Source of the DNA: Ignavibacteria bacterium
Lineage (GTDB): Bacteria > Bacteroidota > Ignavibacteria > Kapaibacteriales > UBA2268
DNA: 64,000 bases
Direction of reading: 5' to 3'
Assembly (NCBI GenBank): GCA_031261605.1
Contig: JAISJI010000064.1
Span: 209-64,208, forward strand
This document shows positions 49,880 to 59,699 of the stretch, piece by piece (within the stretch, counting starts at the first letter, position 1; each line of letters opens with the position of its first letter). The translations under genes and the position numbers were made by a program. A model generated the notes under the pieces. The model saw nothing but the letters and a program-made list of their open reading frames with translations. It was not told the origin of the DNA and searched no databases.

Positions 49880-50179
49880 ATGAACTTAACTAACTTGAAT
49901 CCTCAATTTGAGGAAATACTATTTGAAGATGTAGAAACGATTACAACTAATACCCTACTGCCCCGTGTAATCCTTTTTAATGACCAGTCGCATAATTTTC
50001 ACGATGTTGTAAAGCAAATAATCAAAGCCATTGAATGCGACTTCGACACTGCAAATGATATAGCAGAAGAAGCACATACAGAGGGCAAAGCCGTTGTATT
50101 TGAAGGTGAAATGGTTGAATGCCTCGGCGTTAGTGCCATATTAGAAGAAATTGAATTGCATACTCAAATAGAATGCTAA
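49880..50179 (+). CDS. clpS: ATP-dependent Clp protease adaptor ClpS
   Basis: RVILFNDQSHNF..VV...AH.EGKAVV. Confidence 0.82.
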   Translation: MNLTNLNPQFEEILFEDVETITTNTLLPRVILFNDQSHNFHDVVKQIIKAIECDFDTANDIAEEAHTEGKAVVFEGEMVECLGVSAILEEIELHTQIEC

Positions 50180-50198
50180 CATAACATCACTTTATTAT

Positions 50199-51335
50199 AT
50201 GAACCTAAACAGCAATGTAGATATATCTAAACATATCCTTGCAATTGAGAATAATCCACAATTGCAACGGTTGCTTGTTGCTACCTTTAAGAAACATAAA
50301 ATTGATGTTACCAATGTAGATAATTTCATAGATGCTGAAAATGTTCTAAATGACGATAACAATAACATTGATATTATGATTATTGATGTTTCTAACAACA
50401 TTGATATTGAAGCATTTGAATTCTGTGCCAGTATCCGCCAAAAATTTGCACAACTACAACTTCCTATCCTTATTCTATCCGATGTCTATAATGCTACTGT
50501 TATAGCATCTGCTTACGATGCCGGCTGTAATGAACTACTTGCTGTTCCATACAATAACGTGGAATTCATTAATAAAGTTAATTTCCTGATTGATACCAAA
50601 AAAGTATACGACCAAAAAATGAAATTAATAAGCGTAATGGATATTAGAACGCAGGTATTCAAAATGAATACCCACGATTTGAAAAATCCATTGTCTTCCA
50701 TATTCTCTCTGTCCGGTATTCCTGTTGAGTCATTCAGTGGCAATGAAGAGATTTCACAAACATTTAACGTAATTCATAATGCATCAAAAATTATGATGTC
50801 GCTTGTAAACGAAAATTTAGAGTTCTTATCGCTCAGTTCCTTAGACGTTAAGTTGGAACAATCGCTCATTGATATTGTGTCAGTAATTAACCAAATATAT
50901 GAAATTAACAATCCGCTTGCTAAAGACAAACAACAGCAACTAATAACCAATTTCACTGATGAGGACTGCTTTATTATATCTGATAGTAGAAAAATATACC
51001 AAGCAATTAATAACATTGTATCCAATGCTATTAAGTTCTCTCCACTGGGAAAACGCATCTGGTTGGATGTTGTAAAAGAAGATGATATGATTAAAATTAT
51101 TATCAAAGATGAAGGTCCCGGATTCAAGAAAGAAGAAATGGATGTTGTATTTACAAAATTCGGAAAGCATTCCGCTACTCCTACTGGCGATGAAGTATCT
51201 ACCGGCTTAGGTATGTTGATTACAAAGCAAATCGTAAACCTTGCTAATGGCGATATATTCTTAGAATCCGAAGAGGGCAAGGGCGCTAAATTTACAATAA
51301 TGTTCCAATCTGTTTCGCCAGACGCTATAAAGTAA
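50199..51335 (+). CDS. receiver-domain / histidine kinase hybrid
   Basis: N-terminal REC-like domain; THDLKNPL H-box, NIVSNAIKFS, DEGPG, TGLG. Confidence 0.88.
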   Translation: MNLNSNVDISKHILAIENNPQLQRLLVATFKKHKIDVTNVDNFIDAENVLNDDNNNIDIMIIDVSNNIDIEAFEFCASIRQKFAQLQLPILILSDVYNATVIASAYDAGCNELLAVPYNNVEFINKVNFLIDTKKVYDQKMKLISVMDIRTQVFKMNTHDLKNPLSSIFSLSGIPVESFSGNEEISQTFNVIHNASKIMMSLVNENLEFLSLSSLDVKLEQSLIDIVSVINQIYEINNPLAKDKQQQLITNFTDEDCFIISDSRKIYQAINNIVSNAIKFSPLGKRIWLDVVKEDDMIKIIIKDEGPGFKKEEMDVVFTKFGKHSATPTGDEVSTGLGMLITKQIVNLANGDIFLESEEGKGAKFTIMFQSVSPDAIK

Positions 51336-51388
51336 TTCTTACTATAACATTATAACACTAACTAACAGACAACCACTACACCCAAATA

Positions 51389-52597
51389 ATGAACTATAAT
51401 TCATTTGAACACTCAAACAATATATCACAACAATATCGTGCCTCTTTACAAAATAAGTTTGGTATAGTCGGCGACTCCGCACCTATCCAACGCGCCATAG
51501 ATACACTGATAGAAGTTGCACCGACTGACCTCGCTGTCCTCATTACTGGAGAAACCGGCACTGGTAAAGAGGTCTTTGCTAATGCTGTCCATACTCTCAG
51601 CAATAGAAGTGATAAGCCATTTGTTAGTGTTAATTGTGGTGCTATACCAGAAACATTACTTGAATCCGAACTCTTTGGACACGAAAAAGGTGCTTTCACA
51701 GGTGCAGTTGACCAGCGTATCGGCTTTTTCGAAGCAGCAAACAAAGGAACTATATTCCTCGATGAAATTGGTGAAATGCCAATCGGCACACAAGTAAAAC
51801 TCCTCCGCATCTTAGAAAGCGGTGAATTCTCACGACTCGGCTCATCCTCTATTAGCAAAGTGAATGTGCGACTAATCGCTGCTACAAACCGCAATCTTGA
51901 AGTAGAAGTCCAAAACCGCAACTTCCGGCAAGACCTATACTACCGCCTCAACTCCGTGAATATTGTCCTCCCTGCTTTGCGAAACCATATACAAGATATT
52001 CCATTATATTTCAAACACTTCGCCGAAATGATTTGCACCAAAAATGGCATCCAATACCAAGGAATATCAGATAACGCTCTATCGCTACTTATGGCTCTAC
52101 CGTGGCAAGGTAATATACGCGAATTCAAAAATTTGGTGGATAAAGTAATTACATTGGAACGTGGTGTCCGTATTGATTCCACTATCATCCGCAAATACAT
52201 CACACCAGCATTACCAAATTATGACAATACTACTATGACAAATGCACTCGTTCCTACTTCTAAAAACACTGACTTAATGAGTAACGATACGCTTGTCCTG
52301 CGCACGCTATTGGAAATAAAGCAGGATATTGCAAGTATAAAGCAGATGATGGGTGGACTCGGCTCAGCATTTACTATTCTTAGCGATGAGGTGAATTCCA
52401 TAAAGGACAATATGATTGTTACTTACGATGATAATAATCAAGTTCCAGTCAAATTAACGACATTAGATGAAATGGAACGAAAACTAATAATACAAACGCT
52501 TGAAGCATGCTGGAATAATAGGCATCAAGCAGCGAAATCTCTCGGTATAAGCGAAAGAACTCTATATAGAAAAATCAAAGAATTAGGTATTGAATAA
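51389..52597 (+). CDS. sigma-54-dependent enhancer-binding protein (AAA+ plus Fis HTH) without N-terminal sensor domain
   Basis: GETGTGKE, ESELFGHEKGAFTGA, LDEIGE, FRQDLYYRL, WQGNIRE, LGISERTLYRK. Confidence 0.93.
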   Translation: MNYNSFEHSNNISQQYRASLQNKFGIVGDSAPIQRAIDTLIEVAPTDLAVLITGETGTGKEVFANAVHTLSNRSDKPFVSVNCGAIPETLLESELFGHEKGAFTGAVDQRIGFFEAANKGTIFLDEIGEMPIGTQVKLLRILESGEFSRLGSSSISKVNVRLIAATNRNLEVEVQNRNFRQDLYYRLNSVNIVLPALRNHIQDIPLYFKHFAEMICTKNGIQYQGISDNALSLLMALPWQGNIREFKNLVDKVITLERGVRIDSTIIRKYITPALPNYDNTTMTNALVPTSKNTDLMSNDTLVLRTLLEIKQDIASIKQMMGGLGSAFTILSDEVNSIKDNMIVTYDDNNQVPVKLTTLDEMERKLIIQTLEACWNNRHQAAKSLGISERTLYRKIKELGIE

Positions 52598-52618
52598 TTT
52601 ATACATTACTAAACAAAA

Positions 52619-53317
52619 ATGCTCGGAACACTAATTAATACTGGAACAGTCGTTGCTGGCGCTAGCATCGGACTACTCCTACGAAAGAAACTGCCACAAA
52701 AATACACCACCATATTCTTCCAATGCGTAGGACTATATACACTCGTATTAGGAATACAAATGGCTATAAGTATCGGAAATACAAACACATTAATCGTCAT
52801 ATTTAGCTTAATTGTAGGGGGACTTACAGGAGAATTCTGTAGAATAGACGAAAGAATGAATTCTGCTGGTGAAACGCTAAAGCATAAATTCAAAATCGGA
52901 AATGATAGATTTGCAGAAGGATTTGTTACTGCATTCCTCCTTTTTTGTATGGGAACAATGTCCATATTGGGACCACTTGAAGAAGGCATAACCGGTAACT
53001 ATTCCAAACTCTTAGAAGCAAAATCCATAATGGACGGTTTCTCCTCCTTGCTATTAGCATCCGCAATGGGAATCGGCGTGCTATTTGCAGCACTTCCACT
53101 GCTCATTTACCAAGGTAGCATAACGCTATTAGCGGGAGTTATCGGCGATAAAATACCAGAGGCATACATCAATGGAATTACTGCAATCGGCGGAATTATG
53201 CTCATCGGCTTAGCAATAACCATTCTCAATGTCAAAAAAATATCAGTTATGGATATGATGCCTGCATTGGTATATATCTGTATTTTCTTATGGTTAAGCA
53301 AATTTGTCGGTATGTAA
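52619..53317 (+). CDS. DUF554 (YdfK/YqgA-like) membrane protein
   Basis: GTLIN, GFVTA.LLFC.G.MSILG, KSIMDG, YQGSIT. Confidence 0.88.
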   Translation: MLGTLINTGTVVAGASIGLLLRKKLPQKYTTIFFQCVGLYTLVLGIQMAISIGNTNTLIVIFSLIVGGLTGEFCRIDERMNSAGETLKHKFKIGNDRFAEGFVTAFLLFCMGTMSILGPLEEGITGNYSKLLEAKSIMDGFSSLLLASAMGIGVLFAALPLLIYQGSITLLAGVIGDKIPEAYINGITAIGGIMLIGLAITILNVKKISVMDMMPALVYICIFLWLSKFVGM

Positions 53318-53325
53318 CAAGTGGT

Positions 53326-55245
53326 TTATTTTGGAGTAACTACAATCACTTGCACTGTTCTAGATAGTTGTCTGCCTATTGGCGTGGAATTATCAAATAT
53401 ATCGGTCTGGTCGCCCATTCCATACGTAGTTACACTCACATTCTTATTCTTCGTAAGTATATAGTCCTTCACTGCATTAGCACGTGCCTCCGACAACTTT
53501 TTATTATATTCCGGTTGCCCTATCCTATCGGAATACCCATATATATCAACGGTTGAGCGATATTTTATATTCGGAACAATAAATTTGTCTATCACACGCA
53601 TATTCGCTTCAGTTACTTGCGGACTATCAAAATCAAATAACACCAATGAATACTTGCTGATAACCTTATCCGGATTATCTATCGTTTCCTTACGCTCGCT
53701 CGAAAGATAATCCATCGGTATATGCCCAATATACGAAGCCATTGTATCTGCTGTAAATACCGTAAATCTATATTCTAATGGGACTTGAGATGGATACAAC
53801 TCATTTATTTCTATATCCCAGCGTATCGGCTCATCCAAATTATTTCCCGACAACCTACGAACTATTTTCTCCGCTTGCGAAATCTCTAACTCCCACGAAG
53901 TAATGGGCTTATTGCAAACGACACTCGGAACAAATATAGCATTATTTGGCGTTGCAATCCGTTGCTTATCTCCTTTTGCGAACACCGGCTCAAATAGCAT
54001 TGGCGAATTTGAAGATAACTCAACTCTCCTATTTTCCACAACTCCATCTTTTACCGTTTGTGCTGATGGCTTGCTTGGTGTGTTGCCATATTTTAGCGTA
54101 ATCCTATTAGAATCAATGGAATATTTCTTTTCCAAATAATTCTTTACACCGACTGCTCTATATTGTGAAATCGCCTTATCCGTTTCAAATTTTCCATCTA
54201 TCGTTCCCGTTACGACAAGATTTGCCGTTGGAGTAACACTCATTCTTTTTCCAACAATATCAAGGAGTTGCTCGCTTATTCCAACTGCATCTGTGGCTAT
54301 TAACTCGCCTTCCAATGCTGTTCCAGTCATTGCGTCTGTTGGATTTTTTATAAGCGAATAATTGTTAGCCAACTCCGTTTCATTAACATCGTAGAAAATA
54401 TATGGTATAATAGGAAAATACTCGCCAAATTCCGCTTCTTCCAACATAATATTATTCAGCGGTAATCCGTCATTATTTCTATCTAAGTAGTATACTTCTT
54501 TAATACTTACATCTATTGCATTTTTCTCACTTGCAATCACTTCCTCTTTAACTTTCTGCGGAATGGTATAAACCACTGATATTCCTGCTTTTAACTGGCT
54601 AAACGACCAATTTTGCCATTGCTTATTTGTGCTGACATCGGAAAAATTAATGTTGTATGAAATCTCAGGCAAAATACTTAACTCATTGTTATATTTATAG
54701 ATATAACCAATTCCAAGAGGCAACGACACTCGCAAAGTTGCATCTGCTACATCTCCACTTTCTGGTTTATTATTTGCTTTCTTAAAATCGTAATGATATG
54801 TAATTGGAATGCCGAAATTGACACCTGTGGTAAAATAAACTTCCTCAAAATCGGGTATGATATTGAAAAACTTAATCATAGGCGTAATTTCCAAATAATG
54901 CAAACTTGCATCAAGCGTATTATTTGTATTGCTAATTTTCTTCGTAAGTTCAATTCCTGCAAAGTCATAGGCAATTCTGCCGGTGATAGCAGTAATATTC
55001 GTCATTTGGAAATTGCCTTCAATACCAAAAAAGCCAGATATAGAACTCGCATTATTGGTAAATTTATCCCTATTTTGATTCGGAATAAGGAAGGACGGAG
55101 AGTGAAAATTGAAATTAGCACCACCAAACAAACCAATATTATTGTTTAAAACAATGTTTTGGGCGGTGGTAAGTTGCGGATATGCAACAAGATATATACA
55201 TATTGCTATAAATGCGATATGCAAAGTATTTGGGCAGTGTTTCAT
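53326..55245 (-). CDS. OmpA-family outer-membrane protein (N-terminal barrel and two peptidoglycan-binding domains)
   Basis: SQYRA..VK.YL...ENRRVE and GYSDRIG..YNKKLSEARA..VK...GRQLSRTV. Confidence 0.85.
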   Translation of the reverse strand: MKHCPNTLHIAFIAICIYLVAYPQLTTAQNIVLNNNIGLFGGANFNFHSPSFLIPNQNRDKFTNNASSISGFFGIEGNFQMTNITAITGRIAYDFAGIELTKKISNTNNTLDASLHYLEITPMIKFFNIIPDFEEVYFTTGVNFGIPITYHYDFKKANNKPESGDVADATLRVSLPLGIGYIYKYNNELSILPEISYNINFSDVSTNKQWQNWSFSQLKAGISVVYTIPQKVKEEVIASEKNAIDVSIKEVYYLDRNNDGLPLNNIMLEEAEFGEYFPIIPYIFYDVNETELANNYSLIKNPTDAMTGTALEGELIATDAVGISEQLLDIVGKRMSVTPTANLVVTGTIDGKFETDKAISQYRAVGVKNYLEKKYSIDSNRITLKYGNTPSKPSAQTVKDGVVENRRVELSSNSPMLFEPVFAKGDKQRIATPNNAIFVPSVVCNKPITSWELEISQAEKIVRRLSGNNLDEPIRWDIEINELYPSQVPLEYRFTVFTADTMASYIGHIPMDYLSSERKETIDNPDKVISKYSLVLFDFDSPQVTEANMRVIDKFIVPNIKYRSTVDIYGYSDRIGQPEYNKKLSEARANAVKDYILTKNKNVSVTTYGMGDQTDIFDNSTPIGRQLSRTVQVIVVTPK

Positions 55246-55282
55246 TATTCTTTATGCTGCAAAAATAAATGAATGTATATAA

Positions 55283-55319
55283 ATCGCCCAAGCCACCATT
55301 TTTAATAAACTTGGGCGAT
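55283..55319. terminator. inverted repeat downstream of the S41 peptidase gene (probable terminator)
   Basis: ATCGCCCAAG...CTTGGGCGAT perfect 10-bp arms. Confidence 0.5.
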
Positions 55320-55330
55320 ATTGTTTAATA

Positions 55331-57022
55331 TTATTTTTTCTTACCGCTTGCTTGAATTTTCTCTGCAAGTGGGAACAATTCCAATGCCTTATTGAGTTGT
55401 CTGTCTATTGGAATCATTATTTGAGTTGCTTTATTGGTGTTCCAAATGGAGCGAGCAAGGAAGTATTTCACCCAGCGATTTGCAATATAATCCTTATCCT
55501 TCTTAAATTCTTCATCATTCCACACTATATCCTTTGATTCCGCAAGTTTACGAAGGTCTTTCTCCATTTTATCGGTCATTTTAAATTCTTTATTAAATTT
55601 AGAAAAGTCATTGGAATATTTATCTTTATATTCTTTTAGTATCTGGTCATTGAAAGCAAGGAAAATACCGCTATAATATAATGAAATTGTGAGCGGCTGC
55701 AACTTAGATGTATCATATTTAATGACATAATCCGGCGTAATGCCGCCACCACCTAATACTGGACGACCTGCACGAGTGTAGAATATCTCTATAGAATCCA
55801 TATTGATAATTTTTGCGTTCTTATCCTTTTTCTTTGTTGTATCTTTAGATTTTTTAGTATCTTCTTTCTTTATTTTATCCAAAACGTGCTCCAAATTTGC
55901 CCCTTCCTCAACTTCCAATCTATCCGTCATTAACTTCCAATTTTCCTTATCTTTGAAAGGACGCTGGATACATCTGCCGGATGCAGAATAGAAGCGAGCG
56001 ATTGTAATACGAACGGATGAACCATCGCTATAAATTGGATATTGACGCTGCACAAGTCCTTTACCAAAAGAAGTTACACCAACTACAAGACCTCTATCTA
56101 AATCCTGTATTGCACCAGCGGTAATTTCACTTGCAGAAGCAGAACTACCATCTACCAATACAATAAGCGGTATATCTTCCATTGAACCACCGGGACGAGC
56201 GGTAAATATTTGGTCTTGGTCACTATGCCTGCCGTGAGTATAGACAATGGTATCGCCTCTTAGAAATTCATCGCAAACGGCGTGTGCTTGCTCAAGTATT
56301 CCACCACCATTTCCGCGTAAATCAAGGATAAGCCGTTTCATACCTTCGGCTCTAAGTAATTTACCTGCATTTACCAACTCCTCGTGTGTTGTCTGAGCAA
56401 ACCTATTCATTCTGATATAGCCAATATCTGTGCCTTCTACTACAAAATACACATCTATTGAATATAATGGAATTTTATCTCTGGTAACTGAAAACTCTAA
56501 TCTCTCTTTGGTAGCAGGACGATATACGGATAAACTTACCACTGTGCCTTTGGGACCACGTAGCAACTTCGGAATACTATCTTGCGAAAGCCCTACAATA
56601 GAACTACCATTCACTGCGTAAATTCTATCTCTTGCTTGCATACCTACGCGTTCGCTTGGACCATCTGCAATTACTGCATCTATCAACAAAGTATCGTTAA
56701 GCATCATAAATTGGATGCCTATACCTTCAAAGCTTCCTCCCATATCTTCATTGACATGCTTCATATCCTTTGGAGTTATGTATGTGCTATGTGGGTCTAA
56801 CTCTTGGAGCATTCCGCGAATCGCTCCTTCTGTAAGTTTACTTACATCTGAATCTTCAAAATATTCCTTAATAACTAAACTAAGGACATAATTATATTTT
56901 TCTATTTGGTTATAAATATTATCGCTACTTATTAGTGGAAATACTAATAGCGCTACGAACAATCCAACAGCTATTCCGGCTGTGAATTTCATTATCGGGG
57001 ATTTGAATTTTGGTACTTTCAT
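55331..57022 (-). CDS. S41 C-terminal processing peptidase (PDZ domain)
   Basis: LDPHS, GSFEGIGI, LDLRGNGGG, SASASEI, SFGKGLVQ. Confidence 0.93.
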   Translation of the reverse strand: MKVPKFKSPIMKFTAGIAVGLFVALLVFPLISSDNIYNQIEKYNYVLSLVIKEYFEDSDVSKLTEGAIRGMLQELDPHSTYITPKDMKHVNEDMGGSFEGIGIQFMMLNDTLLIDAVIADGPSERVGMQARDRIYAVNGSSIVGLSQDSIPKLLRGPKGTVVSLSVYRPATKERLEFSVTRDKIPLYSIDVYFVVEGTDIGYIRMNRFAQTTHEELVNAGKLLRAEGMKRLILDLRGNGGGILEQAHAVCDEFLRGDTIVYTHGRHSDQDQIFTARPGGSMEDIPLIVLVDGSSASASEITAGAIQDLDRGLVVGVTSFGKGLVQRQYPIYSDGSSVRITIARFYSASGRCIQRPFKDKENWKLMTDRLEVEEGANLEHVLDKIKKEDTKKSKDTTKKKDKNAKIINMDSIEIFYTRAGRPVLGGGGITPDYVIKYDTSKLQPLTISLYYSGIFLAFNDQILKEYKDKYSNDFSKFNKEFKMTDKMEKDLRKLAESKDIVWNDEEFKKDKDYIANRWVKYFLARSIWNTNKATQIMIPIDRQLNKALELFPLAEKIQASGKKK

Positions 57023-57184
57023 ATTATATTTATTAATTATCTATATTATAATCTATTGTTTATTTATGCAAATTAGTAAAATAGTCCGTGATATAAAAAC
57101 ATTTCTTTTTAACAATGCCCTACACCGCTCCCAAATGTTTGATATATGGGAATAACTTATGTTATATGTAAATATTTATTAACA

Positions 57185-57658
57185 CTATTTCGTATCTATG
57201 AGTTGTTTCCGCATCTCTATAAACCTATCTAATAGTTCGTTATCATTGTTAAAACTGGCTGTCCTTACCAATATGCTTTTCTTTTTGCCTTTAATTTTCA
57301 ACTTAACGAAATGTGCGCTATGCTTAACAACCTTTGTGGGGCTTTTGTTTATATGTATGTGCTTTATCTGGTCAAATTTATACGTCTTATTATAATATCG
57401 GCTATGGAATGTTATACTGTCATCATCTATTGTTATACGCTTACGTTTGATTGTCGCTATTATCAGCATTATCGTTGTTAGCACAATGATAGTTAGCATT
57501 AGTATAATTATAGGACTAAATAGACGCACAGTTATACTTCCTTCTATTACGCTTCCTTTGAAAATGAAAAATACGACTAATACTACTACGTAAGCGGCGA
57601 GCGCTTGTCCGTAGAAATCCACTCGTTGTGAAAAAGTGTTGCTCTGTTTTTTATCCAT
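57185..57658 (-). CDS. hypothetical membrane protein (two TMs and a PH-like tail)
   Basis: Two hydrophobic segments and a basic beta-rich C-terminus. Confidence 0.7.
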   Translation of the reverse strand: MDKKQSNTFSQRVDFYGQALAAYVVVLVVFFIFKGSVIEGSITVRLFSPIIILMLTIIVLTTIMLIIATIKRKRITIDDDSITFHSRYYNKTYKFDQIKHIHINKSPTKVVKHSAHFVKLKIKGKKKSILVRTASFNNDNELLDRFIEMRKQLIDTK

Positions 57659-57684
57659 CGTAACTCCTAAGTAAGTGCTAACAA

Positions 57685-58764
57685 TTACTCTATATTTTGG
57701 TTAAGTATTTCTGTTCTTTCTAATACGTGTAAGTTCTCTATTATGGGCATCAATGTACCATCTACAACTTCCTTTAGGTTGTAATTCTTATTGTCGCCCT
57801 CTAATCTATGGTCGGTAACTCTATTTTGTGGCCAGTTATACGTCCTTATTTTCTCTGACCTATCACCCGTCTTAATCATTGATTTGCGGGTTGATGACAT
57901 TTCTTCTTCGGCTTTCTTGCGTTCTATTTCATACAACCGCGAACGCAGCACTTTCATTGCTTTCTCTTTATTCTTCAGTTGAGAACGCTCGTCTTGGCAA
58001 GAAATAACAATGCCTGTCGGTATATGTGTAATGCGAATGGCTGTCTCCACTTTATTGACATTCTGACCACCTGCACCACCAGAGCGAAATACATCTATGC
58101 GTAAATCGTTCTCCTTTATCTGCACATCCACATCCTCTGCTTCCGGTAGAACCGCTACTGATGCAGCCGACGTATGTAGTCGTCCATTCGCCTCTGTCTC
58201 TGGAACGCGTTGAACTCTATGCACTCCACTTTCAAACTTCATATCACCATATATGTTATCACCCGCCAATGAGAATACTACTTCTTTGAAACCGCCTTTC
58301 TCTGCTTCATTGAAATCTATCAATTCCAATTTATACCCTTGCATATCCGCAAATCGCTGATACATACGATACAAATCACCTGCAAATATTCCTGCTTCAT
58401 CGCCACCAGTTCCTGCTCTTATCTCCACAATACAATTCTTCATATCATTCGGGTCTTTGGGAATAAGCAAAAATTTCAACTCTTCTTCATACTCCAATAT
58501 CTTGGGCTGGAGTTCATTTATTTCTTCGTAAGCCATTTCTTTCAAATCCGGTTCTGTATCCTTTGATTCCACCAACTCCTTTGATGACGCAAGTTCATTG
58601 AGTGATTTTATATACTTCTCGCCTACTTCTACTACTTTGGATAATGACTTTATGTCTTGTGAAATATCTTTATAGCGTTTCAAATCATTGGTGACTTCTG
58701 GGTCATTCAACTTCTCTTTAAGAGATTTAGATTTTTCTATTAGCGCTTGTATCTTTTCTTGCAT
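57685..58764 (-). CDS. prfA: peptide chain release factor 1
   Basis: EIRAGTGGDEA, HRVQRVPETE (PxT), GGQ, IRTYN.PQNRVTDHR. Confidence 0.97.
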   Translation of the reverse strand: MQEKIQALIEKSKSLKEKLNDPEVTNDLKRYKDISQDIKSLSKVVEVGEKYIKSLNELASSKELVESKDTEPDLKEMAYEEINELQPKILEYEEELKFLLIPKDPNDMKNCIVEIRAGTGGDEAGIFAGDLYRMYQRFADMQGYKLELIDFNEAEKGGFKEVVFSLAGDNIYGDMKFESGVHRVQRVPETEANGRLHTSAASVAVLPEAEDVDVQIKENDLRIDVFRSGGAGGQNVNKVETAIRITHIPTGIVISCQDERSQLKNKEKAMKVLRSRLYEIERKKAEEEMSSTRKSMIKTGDRSEKIRTYNWPQNRVTDHRLEGDNKNYNLKEVVDGTLMPIIENLHVLERTEILNQNIE

Positions 58765-58834
58765 TGCATTCTATTACATTTGTTTAGGAACTACAAAAAT
58801 AACAATAATATTGCAAAAATACACTATTACCCAC

Positions 58835-58867
58835 AAAAAAGGTAGACATCACTGCCTACCTTCTTTA
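58835..58867 (-). terminator. intrinsic terminator of the Skp/OmpH gene
   Basis: Minus strand AAGGTAGGCA-GTGA-TGTCTACC-TTTTTT. Confidence 0.75.
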
Positions 58868-58886
58868 TAGATTGGTTTAATGGAAA

Positions 58887-59429
58887 TTAACTTCCGCGCT
58901 TTATGTTGTCTATTACTCTAAAAGTAATATCTAACTTCGGCTCAAAATAGATGACTATTGATTGAGCATCTTTGCTCAATACTAAAGAGAGCTTCTCGTC
59001 CTTTGCAACGGCTTCAATGGCATTTTTTACTTTTGCTCGTATCGGAGTAAGCAACTGCTCTCTGTATTTGTCTATCTCCTGTTGTTTCTCTGTGGCATAT
59101 TGTTGCAAGTCCTGCATCTCTTTGCCATACTTATCTTCCTCGGCTGCTTGCTTATCAGGTGCCATCATTGATTTTTGTTTGGTTGTATAATTTTGGTAGC
59201 GTGTCTCTAAATCTTTACGCTTCGCCAAAATTGAATCCTGATACTTCTTACTCATATCAGATAAATCTTTATCTGCTTGCACTGCCTCAGGAATTTCCTT
59301 CACTATGGCTTCTACATCAACTATACCTATTGAACCGCCGGCTGCAGTTTTGGTCTGTGCTAATAGGATGTTGGTAGATAAAGAAACGATTATAGCAAAT
59401 GTTAGTATTGCTAAAATTGGTTTTTTCAT
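58887..59429 (-). CDS. skp: OmpH/Skp periplasmic chaperone
   Basis: Signal peptide, IGIVDVEAI...PE, AIEAVAK, DIT..V. Confidence 0.85.
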   Translation of the reverse strand: MKKPILAILTFAIIVSLSTNILLAQTKTAAGGSIGIVDVEAIVKEIPEAVQADKDLSDMSKKYQDSILAKRKDLETRYQNYTTKQKSMMAPDKQAAEEDKYGKEMQDLQQYATEKQQEIDKYREQLLTPIRAKVKNAIEAVAKDEKLSLVLSKDAQSIVIYFEPKLDITFRVIDNIKRGS

Positions 59430-59601
59430 TAAAATAATTCTCCAAATATTTTTATAAAGTTAATAATTTCACTTGTGTATGAACAACAAATATAACATTT
59501 TTTTCGCTATATCCAACTATTTAAACGTAAAAACATTGATATTTGAAAAAAAAAGCGTAAATTACATTCTGTAAAATTTGCAATATGCAAATAAGTCAAC
59601 C

Positions 59602-59688
59602 GGAGAAGTGCGAGAGTGGTTGAATCGGACGGTCTCGAAAACCGTTGAAGGATTACTCCTTCCGAGGGTTCGAATCCCTCTTTCTCCG
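59602..59688 (+). tRNA. tRNA-Ser (anticodon CGA), long variable arm, CCA not encoded
   Basis: GGAGAAG/TTTCTCC acceptor stem, ACGGT-CTCGAAA-ACCGT anticodon arm, GGTTCGAATCC T-arm. Confidence 0.95.
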
Positions 59689-59699
59689 CTATAATAAAT

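Noticed and set aside
51394-51921. 175-aa antisense ORF, and the many other 60-170 aa ORFs overlapping real genes
   Set aside because: Opposite-strand or off-frame shadows of well-supported genes with no recognisable motifs
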